Shown here: one piece after another, positions 53,757-63,959 of the stretch
How positions within the stretch are numbered: position 1 is the first letter of the stretch
Layout of the letters: every line of letters starts with the position of its first letter
Virus record (IMG/VR): IMGVR_UViG_3300032053_011398
DNA: 64,000 nt
DNA from: a virus
Strand: one strand, 5' to 3'
Position numbers and translations under genes: made by a program
Notes under the pieces: model-generated
Databases searched by the model: none
The model's input: only the letters and a program-made list of their open reading frames with translations
Told to the model about the DNA's origin: nothing

Positions 53757-55418
53757 ATGAACGTGGCTGAGACAACGGCAACGCCTGGAATCATGAAGCA
53801 CTTCGTGCTCGACCAGGCCCGCACCAAACAGGTAACAGCCCTGGAATACATTGAGCGCAAGTATGTTGAAGGCTTTAAGAACATCGTGATCGCTGCGCCG
53901 ACTGGAATTGGAAAAAGCGCAATAGGCGCAGCTTGCTGTTTTTGGGGCGCAAGTCAGGAAATTCAAGAACCAGGAGAAGCTGGAGGTTTTTACCTGGTCA
54001 CGCAGAAGATGCTCCAGGATCAGCTCCAACGGGACATCCCCAAATATCGAATACCCGAAGCCATTCGGAACTGCTGCTCGATCAAATCGGCCTCCGAATA
54101 TCGCTGCCTCAATCACGGCAACTGCGCCTTCGGCATGAGCCGCAAGACCAAGTGCGGGTGCATAGGCCAAGGCAATTGCGCCTACATCCTGGCCAGGACG
54201 GCGTTTGGCCGGGCCAAAATGGCGATCACCAACTACCCTTACCTATTCACCGAGCACCAGCTTGTCAACAAGCTCTTGCCGAGGAAGGTGCTGATTCTGG
54301 ATGAGTGCCACAGCCTGGAGCGGCAAGTTTTGAAATTCGTCGAGGTCTCGATCACTCAGGCGAGCCTGGAAAAGTGGGCCAGGGTTATCAAGCAAGTGCC
54401 TCATTTTGATGATGTTGTTGACTTCGCTGACTACCTTATCAAGACCTATCTGCCAACCATCAAACCACGCCTGGACGCCCTGGCGGATTGGGAAGCAACT
54501 GGCAACTCGCCTGAAGACTGGCAGATGTCCCAGGAGAAAATTGACCTCCAGAAACATTACGGCCAGGTGCTCTTAGGTGCGCAGTTGATCCACGACGATC
54601 CCGACAACTGGGTCTTCTGGCAGGATCAAGACCGGCATGGAAACCTCGAAGCCTTGGCGAAACCTCTTGACGCCTCCCCGTTCGGTCAAGAGTTGGTGTT
54701 CGAGATGGGCCACGTCCGCATCTTCATGTCGGCTTACCCCGGCTCCAAGAAAGTCTTCTGCGAGAGCCTGGGCCTCAATCCCAACGAAGTAGCCTGGCTG
54801 AACCTGAACAGCACTTTCCCAATCGAGAACCGGGAGATTTTCCTGACCACCATCGGTTCGATGAGCCGAAGGAACCGGGAACAAACCATGCCTGCCTTCT
54901 TGCGGTTCACCGGCAAGGTCATGGAGACCCACCACGACACCAAGGGAATCATCCATTGCAACAGCTACGAGTTGGGACAAGCCATCTTCGACGCCTTCCG
55001 GGGAACTCCCCACAGTGCCCGGCTGCTGTTTCCGACCTCTTCCGACGAACGTGACCCGACGTTTGTAAGACACAAGCTCTCGCCCTTACCAACCGTCATT
55101 ATCAGCCCATCCATGACGGAGGGTTTCGACTTTGCGGAAGACTTGGCCCGTTGGCAGATCATCGCCAAGGTGCCCTACCCCTACCTGGGCGACCGCCAAG
55201 TCGCGGCCAAGAAGGAAATGAACGCCGATTGGTATGACTTGCAGGCAGCTTCAACGATTATTCAAGCGTGCGGGCGCATCGTCCGCTCGGATACCGACGT
55301 GGGTCAGACCTACATCCTGGACAGTGACTTCCTTCAGCTATTCGAGCGGCAGAGCCACATGTTCCCGCGCTGGTGGACGGATGCCTTGGTATGGCCAAAA
55401 CGGAAGGAGAACCGGTAA
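53757..55418 (+). CDS. DinG/XPD-family SF2 helicase
   Basis: APTGIGKS, LQDQ, Cys cluster, DECH, EGFDF, KVPYP, QACGRIVR. Confidence 0.9.
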   Translation: MNVAETTATPGIMKHFVLDQARTKQVTALEYIERKYVEGFKNIVIAAPTGIGKSAIGAACCFWGASQEIQEPGEAGGFYLVTQKMLQDQLQRDIPKYRIPEAIRNCCSIKSASEYRCLNHGNCAFGMSRKTKCGCIGQGNCAYILARTAFGRAKMAITNYPYLFTEHQLVNKLLPRKVLILDECHSLERQVLKFVEVSITQASLEKWARVIKQVPHFDDVVDFADYLIKTYLPTIKPRLDALADWEATGNSPEDWQMSQEKIDLQKHYGQVLLGAQLIHDDPDNWVFWQDQDRHGNLEALAKPLDASPFGQELVFEMGHVRIFMSAYPGSKKVFCESLGLNPNEVAWLNLNSTFPIENREIFLTTIGSMSRRNREQTMPAFLRFTGKVMETHHDTKGIIHCNSYELGQAIFDAFRGTPHSARLLFPTSSDERDPTFVRHKLSPLPTVIISPSMTEGFDFAEDLARWQIIAKVPYPYLGDRQVAAKKEMNADWYDLQAASTIIQACGRIVRSDTDVGQTYILDSDFLQLFERQSHMFPRWWTDALVWPKRKENR

Positions 55419-55483
55419 TTGTTTACAAAACTACTCATGAGGGCGGTCATAACTGGGGGCGTAGTTAAATTGGACTAAACGGC

Positions 55484-56593
55484 ATGAAAAAGAATTTGCT
55501 AAGCTTCCTGTTCCTGGAGTCTGCTCACGCCGATGCAGTCGAGGCCGCAGGCCACGAACTGAACATCGCCGAGAGCCTGGAGCAACTATTCGAGGCCGCA
55601 GCCGAGATCGAAAAGGGCGAACTTGAGTCGAAGAAGACTCCGCTGGCGAAAGCACTTAGCGAGTTCGGCATTGCCGATGCCGAACTCCAGCTCGACCCGG
55701 AGGGGTTTTGCTTGGTCACCGACAACCGCGACCGCTATTCGGACATCTTGGCGGTGCTGGGCGACGCCGACGCCATGCACAAGCTGGCCGAAATGGGCTG
55801 GGTTGTTACCAAGCCCGGCGACGCTGCCATGACCAGCGAGCCTGCGGAATACCGCATCCGGTTCCTTGAGATCACGACCGTTGACACCGGGGACAAAGAC
55901 AAGTCCGATGAAAAGGTCAAAGCAATCACCCAAGCGGCCCGCGAGTTCGCTACCACACCTCTCGACCGGGACGATGACCTCAACCCCGTGGAAACGGATG
56001 ACGGTGAAATGGGGAAGAAGCAAGTCGGAGTGGGTAAGGCCAGCGATGGAACCGATCCAGAAGGCAAACCCAAAGGGGCAAATAAGGTTAAGGAATCGTG
56101 GCCCGAACGACAAGCCAAACCTTGTAGCTCCTACGAATCAGCTCAGGAACCCGAACAACCAAGCACGGTATGTTTCAATTGTGGCTGGCCCCGCCGCCGC
56201 CATTCCGACCAAAGCAGCCACATACACGACAACCTCAACGAAATGACCTCGACCAGCAGTATGGGCACCGTCGAGGGAGGCCCCCAGGGGATTGTGGGCG
56301 CGGGCATCGTTAAGAAGCCCAAGCCCTATGGCAAAGGCACCCGATTCGCCATGCCGGGGCAATGGACTGTCAAGCAGCCTATCGTCAAACAACAGATGAA
56401 GCGCAAAGTCCGCAGTGAGTCCACTACCGCCGAGGAATTTCTGAAGGAACCGCTGCCCGGCCATCCATCAACGTGCCGAAAGTGCGGCAAGGCTTTCAAT
56501 TTCGCCTCCATCCCGGAAACCCGGATGGGCAGCGTTCTCTGCCCGCACTGCGGAGCTGAAGTTGACCAAACAGGCACCCCCGCCAAGCAATGA
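55484..56593 (+). CDS. Hypothetical (probably head-associated) protein with C-terminal zinc ribbon
   Basis: First gene after GTAGTTA. Confidence 0.65.
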   Translation: MKKNLLSFLFLESAHADAVEAAGHELNIAESLEQLFEAAAEIEKGELESKKTPLAKALSEFGIADAELQLDPEGFCLVTDNRDRYSDILAVLGDADAMHKLAEMGWVVTKPGDAAMTSEPAEYRIRFLEITTVDTGDKDKSDEKVKAITQAAREFATTPLDRDDDLNPVETDDGEMGKKQVGVGKASDGTDPEGKPKGANKVKESWPERQAKPCSSYESAQEPEQPSTVCFNCGWPRRRHSDQSSHIHDNLNEMTSTSSMGTVEGGPQGIVGAGIVKKPKPYGKGTRFAMPGQWTVKQPIVKQQMKRKVRSESTTAEEFLKEPLPGHPSTCRKCGKAFNFASIPETRMGSVLCPHCGAEVDQTGTPAKQ

Positions 56594-57171
56594 AGACCTT
56601 TCACGATTACGAGAGCATGAGCACCGTGGGACAGGCCGAAAACCTGCAACCGGTGCTCCTGGAAGCGTATTCCGGTGCCTCCATCGTGGCTTGGTATGGG
56701 ACGATTGAGGACCAGCTTCAGCGGATGCTCGACGACCAGGAAGCCTCTCGAAATTTTGAGAACGCCGACCGGATTCGAGCCTTCCTGAACACCTGGCGTG
56801 ATAATGCGATCACCGGCTCCATCAACATCGACGAGTTGGAACCCCTCAAGGCCGCATCCGAGCAGCAAGCCTCCGCCAAGTGGCCCATGCGGAACTATTT
56901 CAGCTCTCTGCGGAATCAGCTTCGTAAGCTGATCGCGTCCGAAGAGGAACTGCCTCGCGGCATTGACACCAACCAGGTTGACCCGATGGCGGGCGGACTG
57001 GGCCGTGGCGCTCCTCCCATGAGTCCCGACTTCGGGCCAGAGGAAGAAGCCCCCGGTGATCTCAACGCCGCCGAGGGCGAGCCGGGTGCCAAAGGTGCCG
57101 GTCTGGAACAACCGGAAGACGAGAAAGACCTGAACAAGCAGGTCGCCTTCCCTCCCGCATCTAACCACTAA
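56590..57171 (+). CDS. Hypothetical protein
   Basis: Coupled ORF, VLLEA motif. Confidence 0.65.
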   Translation: MKTFHDYESMSTVGQAENLQPVLLEAYSGASIVAWYGTIEDQLQRMLDDQEASRNFENADRIRAFLNTWRDNAITGSINIDELEPLKAASEQQASAKWPMRNYFSSLRNQLRKLIASEEELPRGIDTNQVDPMAGGLGRGAPPMSPDFGPEEEAPGDLNAAEGEPGAKGAGLEQPEDEKDLNKQVAFPPASNH

Positions 57172-57189
57172 GCAGTTTAGCAGACAATT

Positions 57190-57834
57190 ATGAGCAAGAC
57201 AAAGCCCGAAATCGCAAAAGCACTCCTGGAACGTCGCAACCGGATGACCCACGTCATCTTGCCAGGCGAAATCACTGCCGAGATCGGCCCCGATGGTGTT
57301 GCCGAAGCTTTGAAGGAACGCTGGCTCGTGCCCGACCTGGATGAAGGGTTCCTCTGTGTCAGCAAAGACCTGGGCGTCATTGATGAGATGCGTCGCTTGG
57401 CCGAGATGAAGCCGGAAGAATACAAGGTCGAAGCGATCCCCGTCGCCGAGAGTCACGGCTTGTCCTTGCTCCACACGAAGCGCGGTCACCAACTCCATGA
57501 AATCGCAGCGCCGATGACCGGAGCACCATCGCCGGGCCTGGCAAGCACCGGTCAGCCCGCCCCCGCCGCAGCCGTAGGGTCTGTCCCTCCAATGGGGGCG
57601 CAACAAAGCCCCTATGTGGTCGGCAGTCCGGTGACCGTGGCACGCCAGGGTAAGTCGTCCAACGGCGTGATCGAAAAGCTGTTGCCTGATGGCCGGTTTC
57701 AAGTCGGTTTCGCAGACGGGCAGCCCCAGCAGGGAAATAACGTCTTCTCGAAAGAGGAAGTCAACTTGGTTCCTACGTCACCGCAGCGTCCACCTGGAGC
57801 CGCAGCCGCCCCTGTGGGCGCAGCCGCTTCATGA
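57190..57834 (+). CDS. Hypothetical protein with SH3-like C-terminal segment
   Basis: VGSPVTV...GVIEKL..DGRFQVGF. Confidence 0.65.
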   Translation: MSKTKPEIAKALLERRNRMTHVILPGEITAEIGPDGVAEALKERWLVPDLDEGFLCVSKDLGVIDEMRRLAEMKPEEYKVEAIPVAESHGLSLLHTKRGHQLHEIAAPMTGAPSPGLASTGQPAPAAAVGSVPPMGAQQSPYVVGSPVTVARQGKSSNGVIEKLLPDGRFQVGFADGQPQQGNNVFSKEEVNLVPTSPQRPPGAAAAPVGAAAS

Positions 57835-58328
57835 GCACGCTGCTACTACGCCGTATCCTGGAGGCCGACGACGAGGAGACCATTAAGGACATCCTCGGCG
57901 CGGACTACCACGAACCCCCTGACCAGCCCGAAGAAGGCGCGGTCATGCGGCATGATCGCTGGGCCGACGTAAAGATCGGCGACTGGAACTTCTGCATTTC
58001 CTACCTGACCCCCGTGGCCTACTACGAGCCTGGCCGGGGAGTCACCGTCACGGAGAAACGCTGGTCGAATGCCACACTCAAGCACATCATGAAGTGGGCG
58101 GAGGAGATCGGCTTCGGTGGACACCGGCGCTACGCTGAACTCGAAGCCCGCGCCAAGACCATGCCCCAGGAGCAGATGATCGAGTTGTTCAAGGAGAAAG
58201 CCGGGCGCGTCCGCTGGACGAAGCGCCAGTCCAAAAAGCTCGCCGCCGTCCCTTACAACAAGATTGCCACGGGCCTCAAGGGTGGGCGTGAAGATCGCAT
58301 CGAAATCGAACCACTTCCCCGCGCTTAA
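57831..58328 (+). CDS. Hypothetical protein, SYxTPVA family paralogue 1
   Basis: ISYLTPVAY...WSNATLKHI. Confidence 0.7.
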   Translation: MSTLLLRRILEADDEETIKDILGADYHEPPDQPEEGAVMRHDRWADVKIGDWNFCISYLTPVAYYEPGRGVTVTEKRWSNATLKHIMKWAEEIGFGGHRRYAELEARAKTMPQEQMIELFKEKAGRVRWTKRQSKKLAAVPYNKIATGLKGGREDRIEIEPLPRA

Positions 58329-59023
58329 TGACCGCTATCCAATCCATACTCGCGCACTTGCTCGAAGCCGAGGAAGAAGACTTCGAGTTAAAGGACGTTG
58401 AGACGACCGAGCCGGTCGGAGGCCGGGCCAAAGTTACGCGCCACGGTCGGTGGAAGACGGTGGACATGCTCCACTACACCTTCCTGATTTCTTATCTCAC
58501 CCCGGTTGCTTATCACGACAAGCTGCTCGACGCCTACTACCAGACCAGGAAGCAGTGGTCGCCCACCACCAATGGCCACATCTACCAGTGGCAGCACCAA
58601 ATTTCCAAGTCGCCGGAATGGCAAAACAACCCGGATAACAAAGTGTGGGAACCACCGACTGAGTGGAGGCCAGAAGGATACTGGCGCATGGAATCTCCGA
58701 AGTTCACTTACAAAAAGCAGGACGAAATTTCCAACCTGTTCAAGAAGATCATGGCGACGATGGAGCTGAAGCCGCACGAGAAGAAGCGGCTCTACCATGT
58801 CAATCCCCTCATGAGAAAGGGAGCACCCGGACGCGGCAGGCAATTATACGGCGGTCATCTCAAGCACCACGAGGCTGGCACACAGGGACTACCCCGGCCC
58901 GACCTTTGGAAGCACCAACCTGAATTGGAAAAGTTTTTTGGCGACTTCACCCCCGACGAAGCGGAAATGTGGGATTGGCAACAGGGCGAAAGGCGGAGCC
59001 AAGAACCCCATGAACCAGAGTGA
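58328..59023 (+). CDS. Hypothetical protein, SYxTPVA family paralogue 2
   Basis: ISYLTPVAY...WSPTTNGHI. Confidence 0.7.
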   Translation: MTAIQSILAHLLEAEEEDFELKDVETTEPVGGRAKVTRHGRWKTVDMLHYTFLISYLTPVAYHDKLLDAYYQTRKQWSPTTNGHIYQWQHQISKSPEWQNNPDNKVWEPPTEWRPEGYWRMESPKFTYKKQDEISNLFKKIMATMELKPHEKKRLYHVNPLMRKGAPGRGRQLYGGHLKHHEAGTQGLPRPDLWKHQPELEKFFGDFTPDEAEMWDWQQGERRSQEPHEPE

Positions 59024-59061
59024 TTCCGCACTGACCATGCTAAACTTTAAGGCATCCACAG

Positions 59062-59850
59062 GTGGACGCAAGAACAAAAGAAATCCTCACGGCATTGCTT
59101 GAGTCCGACGCCGATGACGAATCGAGCGTAAAGGACTTCCTTGGTGTTCCCCCGGAAATTCTTGATCGCCAGAAAAAGGAGCTGTTGCCTGTAGCCATCG
59201 AGCACAAGTCCAAATACCTGGGCTATCCCTGCGTCCAGGTTTATGAGCCGCATACCAATCCGCAGGGCGAAACCTACATCTTCGGCAGGTTCGGGAAGCG
59301 CGAACCGAGCACTACGATGTCCACTCTGCTCTACCTCAATCCCGACCGGGGCTGGCAGATCGTGGAAAGCGAAGAAGACGGCGAGGACTTCAAAGAGGTT
59401 TACGGCGGCGAGGAGCCAACGGCCTACTTACCCCTGGGCACGGTGATACATCGCACCATGCGCGAGGAAGACCTGATCCCGGCCTTCCTGGACGCTCTTG
59501 AAAGTGTAGCCCCGCGCCAGGCCGCTGAGATGCGCGAGGAATACGCCGACCAGATCGCACAGGCCGACCCGGAGTTCTGCTGGGAAGTGCTGGTGGACGC
59601 CCTGGACGCGCACGCGCCGCCCTATACCTACTTTGGATCGAATCCCGGCGACGGATCGGACATGGGGGTGTGGATCAGCGACGAGACGATCACCGACGAC
59701 TTGCACTACGAAGACGCGGACAAGCTCCAGGCCATGCGGAGGGGCGAGCGGATGCCCCAGGGCAGCCAATACGTCATCGTGACCGATCAGGGCGGCAACT
59801 ATGAGGAGCTGTTGGACGGCCTATCCGGGCAACAGATTTGGGCCGTATGA
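59062..59850 (+). CDS. Hypothetical acidic protein with LLE leader
   Basis: EILTALLESDADDE. Confidence 0.7.
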   Translation: MDARTKEILTALLESDADDESSVKDFLGVPPEILDRQKKELLPVAIEHKSKYLGYPCVQVYEPHTNPQGETYIFGRFGKREPSTTMSTLLYLNPDRGWQIVESEEDGEDFKEVYGGEEPTAYLPLGTVIHRTMREEDLIPAFLDALESVAPRQAAEMREEYADQIAQADPEFCWEVLVDALDAHAPPYTYFGSNPGDGSDMGVWISDETITDDLHYEDADKLQAMRRGERMPQGSQYVIVTDQGGNYEELLDGLSGQQIWAV

Positions 59851-60818
59851 CCGCCGTCGAACAAATCATTCACGGCCTGCTCTCGGAAAAGGGCACCGGC
59901 ATCTACCTGAAGCACCTCCGCAGCGGGCCGCTATACACTTGCAAGTGCCCAAACTGCGGCACGCTTCATGGCGGATTCAGGAGCTACACCGAGGCTCAGG
60001 CGAACCTGAAGTGCCGCCGCTGCAACCGCACCGAAGTTGACAAGCTGAAGAAGGACGTGGAGAAAGTGGAGGAGCCGCCCAAACCGCAGAAGAACATCTT
60101 CCAAAACCCCCTCAAGAAACCGACCGTGATCGGCGAGAGCGAGGAAAGCGACTTCGAGGTCAAGGACGTGGGCCTGCCCACCCCGGAACACGTCGCCTAC
60201 GAGATCGACGACGGCACTGAGCGATTCCCTGTGACCAACGAAGGCAAAATCGGTCGCCAGGGCTGGACGGACCTCAGCCAATTCAGTGGGCAGTGGCGGC
60301 TCATGGGCATCATGCACCAATTCAACGCTGCTGGGCAATGGCGGCGGTTCACCCCATGGTGCGAGATCGTCAAGCTCCTGGACAGCGGCGAGACGATCAG
60401 CGGCCACATGTATGACTTCGACCACGGCGGCTATCGCCAATGGGGCAGAAAAGCAAAAGTTTACAAAATCGGCGTAAACGAATCCCTCGACGACGACGAG
60501 GAGGAGCTTGAGGACGTGAAATCCATCCTCGGCGACATCCCGCTCGACCCCGACGCACCCACGGAGCCGGGACAGGTAAATATGTGGGTATGCGTAAACG
60601 CTCACTACAGGCAGGAGTTTTTTAGCCGCTACAAATTTTACGGGAATGGCTTTCCCAAGCGCGTGCGCGTGAGCGGCAAATGCAAAACCTGGAAAACAAG
60701 ACCAAATGAATTTAGGCTCCCAGTCAAGTATGGATTCAGTGAGAACCTTTATATCACCCATGATAACCAGGGCGACTGGAGCACAGTCCCCTTCGACGCC
60801 AGCGGCAGGCCGGTATGA
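59847..60818 (+). CDS. Hypothetical multi-module protein with zinc finger
   Basis: CPNC...CRRC; modules separated by acidic ES..D.KD linkers. Confidence 0.7.
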   Translation: MTAVEQIIHGLLSEKGTGIYLKHLRSGPLYTCKCPNCGTLHGGFRSYTEAQANLKCRRCNRTEVDKLKKDVEKVEEPPKPQKNIFQNPLKKPTVIGESEESDFEVKDVGLPTPEHVAYEIDDGTERFPVTNEGKIGRQGWTDLSQFSGQWRLMGIMHQFNAAGQWRRFTPWCEIVKLLDSGETISGHMYDFDHGGYRQWGRKAKVYKIGVNESLDDDEEELEDVKSILGDIPLDPDAPTEPGQVNMWVCVNAHYRQEFFSRYKFYGNGFPKRVRVSGKCKTWKTRPNEFRLPVKYGFSENLYITHDNQGDWSTVPFDASGRPV

Positions 60819-61491
60819 CGGCGTGATCCAGGAGGCTTCGGCGCTCCTGAAAGACGGCCCGATCAGCTCCCTGACCCACATCCAGCGCCGTTGGTCGGAC
60901 GTAAACTGGAACAAGATGGACGACCAGCGAGTGGCCACGGATGCCGAAGTCGCCCGCGACGGCACCCAGCGCATTACCCTTTACCCGTCGCTGCTGCAAA
61001 AGCCCAAGCAACTCGCCTGCTATACCTTGATCCGCGAGTTCGGGCACCTGCTCTACGGCAAGGCCCCGGAAAACTTGAAGCGCCGGTGGACGAACAAGTT
61101 ATGCCTCCCGGCCAGCGCACAAATTGATGCCGTTCAGCGCAAACTGACGCCCGACTTCAAAAGCTACCGGGACATGATGGAGTCCTTCAAGACTGCAATG
61201 GATCGCTACGTGGCGCTCAACATCGCCAACGCGCTCATCGCCAAAGGCGTGTCCTATGGCCAAGTGCAAAATGTAAACCTTCGCCAGTGGGGCGCGACGC
61301 AGGAATACGCCAACCGCCGCCGCTACCACGTCCTCATTCCCCTGGTCTCGGCCTACTCCTCAAAGGAAATCTTTGAAGACTTCGGAACCGCCCTGGCCGA
61401 TTGGCTCTGCGGCACCAACGGGATCACGGAGTCCAGCGTGGCGGAAGCCACGCACGGGATCATCATGAGCATCCTGGAACTGCTGCGCTAA
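60706..61491 (+). CDS. Hypothetical protein, zincin-like with degenerate REFGH motif (true start probably ~60824)
   Basis: TLIREFGH...EIFEDF resembles HExxH...EDFAE. Confidence 0.55.
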   Translation: MNLGSQSSMDSVRTFISPMITRATGAQSPSTPAAGRYDGVIQEASALLKDGPISSLTHIQRRWSDVNWNKMDDQRVATDAEVARDGTQRITLYPSLLQKPKQLACYTLIREFGHLLYGKAPENLKRRWTNKLCLPASAQIDAVQRKLTPDFKSYRDMMESFKTAMDRYVALNIANALIAKGVSYGQVQNVNLRQWGATQEYANRRRYHVLIPLVSAYSSKEIFEDFGTALADWLCGTNGITESSVAEATHGIIMSILELLR

Positions 61492-62168
61492 AGGCGCATC
61501 TTGAGCTTCTGCTCGGCCTCGCGCTTGGACATCATGAACTTGCTGCCGAACTCGTCAATGCCAAGGTAACCAACAAAAGCGATAATCTGGTTCGCCAGCG
61601 GCAACGCCCGAAACTCCTGCTCGCTCAGGCCGTGCATCTGAGCCACATTGGGCACCTTGGCATCCATCCATTGCTCTAATTTCCCACTCTCTGGCACGCC
61701 GATTTCATACCAAGGAAACTTCTTCCGCTCATTCAGGAAGGCTGCGCGGGCAACCTTGTATTGGTCAATCAACTGGTCGCGCTTCCGCTCGTTGTCATTC
61801 CTCTGGCGCTGCTGCCACTCCAGGTCGCCGTCCGGGTCAACATAGTCAGGCGGGAACTGCTGGTCGATCTTGGCCATGACCTGCGGCGGAACCTCGACAT
61901 CCTCGGACTTGATTTCCCCGATCTCCAACTGCTCCATCGTCTCCAGGCCCTCAAAGTGAAGCATCGTATGGGTCACTGGATTATACCAAGTGCCGCCGTA
62001 TTCCCAAGGATCGCCGTAGTCACCTTCGATCTGCTCCCACCAACTATCGCCTTCGCCAATGGGATCGGTGACATCCTTCACATCAAAGTCATCCTCCTCG
62101 TCTTCCAGCAGATGGCGGACGATTTCCGGCGCGTCGATTTTATGCCAGAGTTTGGCGGTTTCGGACAT
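61488..62168 (-). CDS. Hypothetical acidic protein with LLE leader
   Basis: EIVRHLLEDEEDDFDVKDV. Confidence 0.7.
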   Translation of the reverse strand: MSETAKLWHKIDAPEIVRHLLEDEEDDFDVKDVTDPIGEGDSWWEQIEGDYGDPWEYGGTWYNPVTHTMLHFEGLETMEQLEIGEIKSEDVEVPPQVMAKIDQQFPPDYVDPDGDLEWQQRQRNDNERKRDQLIDQYKVARAAFLNERKKFPWYEIGVPESGKLEQWMDAKVPNVAQMHGLSEQEFRALPLANQIIAFVGYLGIDEFGSKFMMSKREAEQKLKMRL

Positions 62169-62228
62169 ATTATTCTTGCGCCTGTGGATGGATTAGCCTA
62201 AAGTTCAACGTGGTCAGTGCGGAAGCTC

Positions 62229-63959
62229 TCATCGCAGCAGCAGATTGACGCACTGGGCCGCACGCTCCTCGATCTGTTCCCGCAAGCCCCGGCGCTGGCC
62301 CATCCTCGCTTTGTGGTAGGCGGCGGGATCGGCGACGATGTTGGACGGGTTGAACTCCTCGCCCCATTCGCGGATTACGCGGAACGCCTGGCTGAAGCTC
62401 CGCGCCAAGCCTTGGAACACCTGGAGTTCAAGCGTCTCCCGCCAGTGCTTCACAATTTCGAGCCAGGTGAACTCCCGGCCCTCGGCACCAACCCGAAACT
62501 TGACACCCATATAGGGAGGCCGCAGTTCCACCAGATCATCCATGCTCGTCGTCGCCAGCATTTTGGTCGGCGGACCAGCTTTAATCTGGAATATGATCGG
62601 GATTCTCTTAAAATCCTCCGCTCCGGCATTGCCTGCAAAATCGTAGGCATCCAGGCCGGACTGATACTGCGACCAAGCCGTCAAACCCTGCCTTCCATCC
62701 GCCGTGGCTTTGCTGAGCTGTTCCGGGTTGGAAATCTCCCATTCTTTTTGTCCGGCGCGGACAGCCGCCGCCAGCGTGAGTGGCACCAGGACATCGAGAT
62801 TCGCGTCCGAATACAGGCGCTCGCCCCGGCCCACTTTGCCCTTTGGCCCAGCGTAGCGAACGTCGCCCATGATGCGCTCGCGCAGCGGGAGATTGGCGAC
62901 GGCCTCGTTGGTCTTGCCCATCTCTTGGAGCGTCGGATATTTGCCAGTATAAACCAGATCGCCCTGTTTGGTCAGGGTCACCTTGCCGATGTCCATGCTA
63001 AGGTCGATAGGCTCCCGCTCAGGAATGTGCTGCTCCGGGGGCAGGACTGCGTTCTTCTGCTTCACCGCCGCATTCCACTGATCGAGCTGCGAATTCCGCC
63101 GCTCTACCCGCGCTTTGTTGATGAGGAACTGGCGCATAGCACTATAAACCGACTCGTAGCGGCTTTCCTTGCCGCCCGGCCAATGACGCCAAAAACCGAA
63201 CAACACGTAGTGTTTGGAATCCTCGTCGCCGAACAGATACTCCCTGCGCCGGTCCTTTTCGACCGACTTCCATTCCTGCTCCGCCGCGTCCCGATCCACG
63301 CCGCGCATCAGCTTGCTGAAAACGAACAGGGCGTGAACGCGGTCCCGCACCTTGGTTTCGAGCTGGTTCTTGATCCACTTCTTGATCTTGCCACTGACCA
63401 ACGCCATCGCCACTTTCTCCTCCTTGCCGGGGGCTACGCTGTTCGTGCGAAGGACGTTAATGGTGTTGTTGAAGCGTTCGGAGATTTGCGGTGAAGCGGT
63501 AGCCTGAAACAAAGCCCCGGCCAGGCTGGGAAGTTCATGAAGCCCGCTAGTTTGGGCATAGGCACTGATCTCCTGGGTGGTAAGCCGGGTGTTCGGGGCC
63601 TCCACCTGGAACTTGCGGAAGAAATCCTCCGGGGTTTTCTCCGGTGTATCGTCACCCCACTGCTTCTTGGCCTTCTCGAACGCCTCTGCCCCGCCGCCTG
63701 CCTGGTAGAGCATCCAATCCAGGTAGCGTTTGTCGGGAGTATCGTCCAGTTCGGCGAACTTGTTGAAGACCTCCGGGTCGAGCAACGGGCCGCGACCCAA
63801 GGGGCGGTTATCCGAGCCAACAGCATTGATGGCAACTGCCTCGTCCAGCCGATACTTCTTTTTCAGCTTGGCGAGCGCGGTTCCTGAACTCTTGCGGGTC
63901 TTGGCTTTCGGAGCGGGGGCCTCCGGGGCCTGACCGGGTTGTTCGATAGGTTCCGGCAT
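62229..63959 (-). CDS. Hypothetical (probably virion) protein
   Basis: 576-aa ORF; D.TPDKRYLDWM motif; GTATTTA 8 nt upstream. Confidence 0.7.
   Translation of the reverse strand: MPEPIEQPGQAPEAPAPKAKTRKSSGTALAKLKKKYRLDEAVAINAVGSDNRPLGRGPLLDPEVFNKFAELDDTPDKRYLDWMLYQAGGGAEAFEKAKKQWGDDTPEKTPEDFFRKFQVEAPNTRLTTQEISAYAQTSGLHELPSLAGALFQATASPQISERFNNTINVLRTNSVAPGKEEKVAMALVSGKIKKWIKNQLETKVRDRVHALFVFSKLMRGVDRDAAEQEWKSVEKDRRREYLFGDEDSKHYVLFGFWRHWPGGKESRYESVYSAMRQFLINKARVERRNSQLDQWNAAVKQKNAVLPPEQHIPEREPIDLSMDIGKVTLTKQGDLVYTGKYPTLQEMGKTNEAVANLPLRERIMGDVRYAGPKGKVGRGERLYSDANLDVLVPLTLAAAVRAGQKEWEISNPEQLSKATADGRQGLTAWSQYQSGLDAYDFAGNAGAEDFKRIPIIFQIKAGPPTKMLATTSMDDLVELRPPYMGVKFRVGAEGREFTWLEIVKHWRETLELQVFQGLARSFSQAFRVIREWGEEFNPSNIVADPAAYHKARMGQRRGLREQIEERAAQCVNLLLR

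Noticed and set aside
6500-63494. Long antisense ORFs (e.g. 6500-7555, 8393-9265, 35536-36468, 43185-44270, 56326-57702, 62217-63494)
   Set aside because: Shadows of real genes in GC-rich DNA; no motifs or start signals
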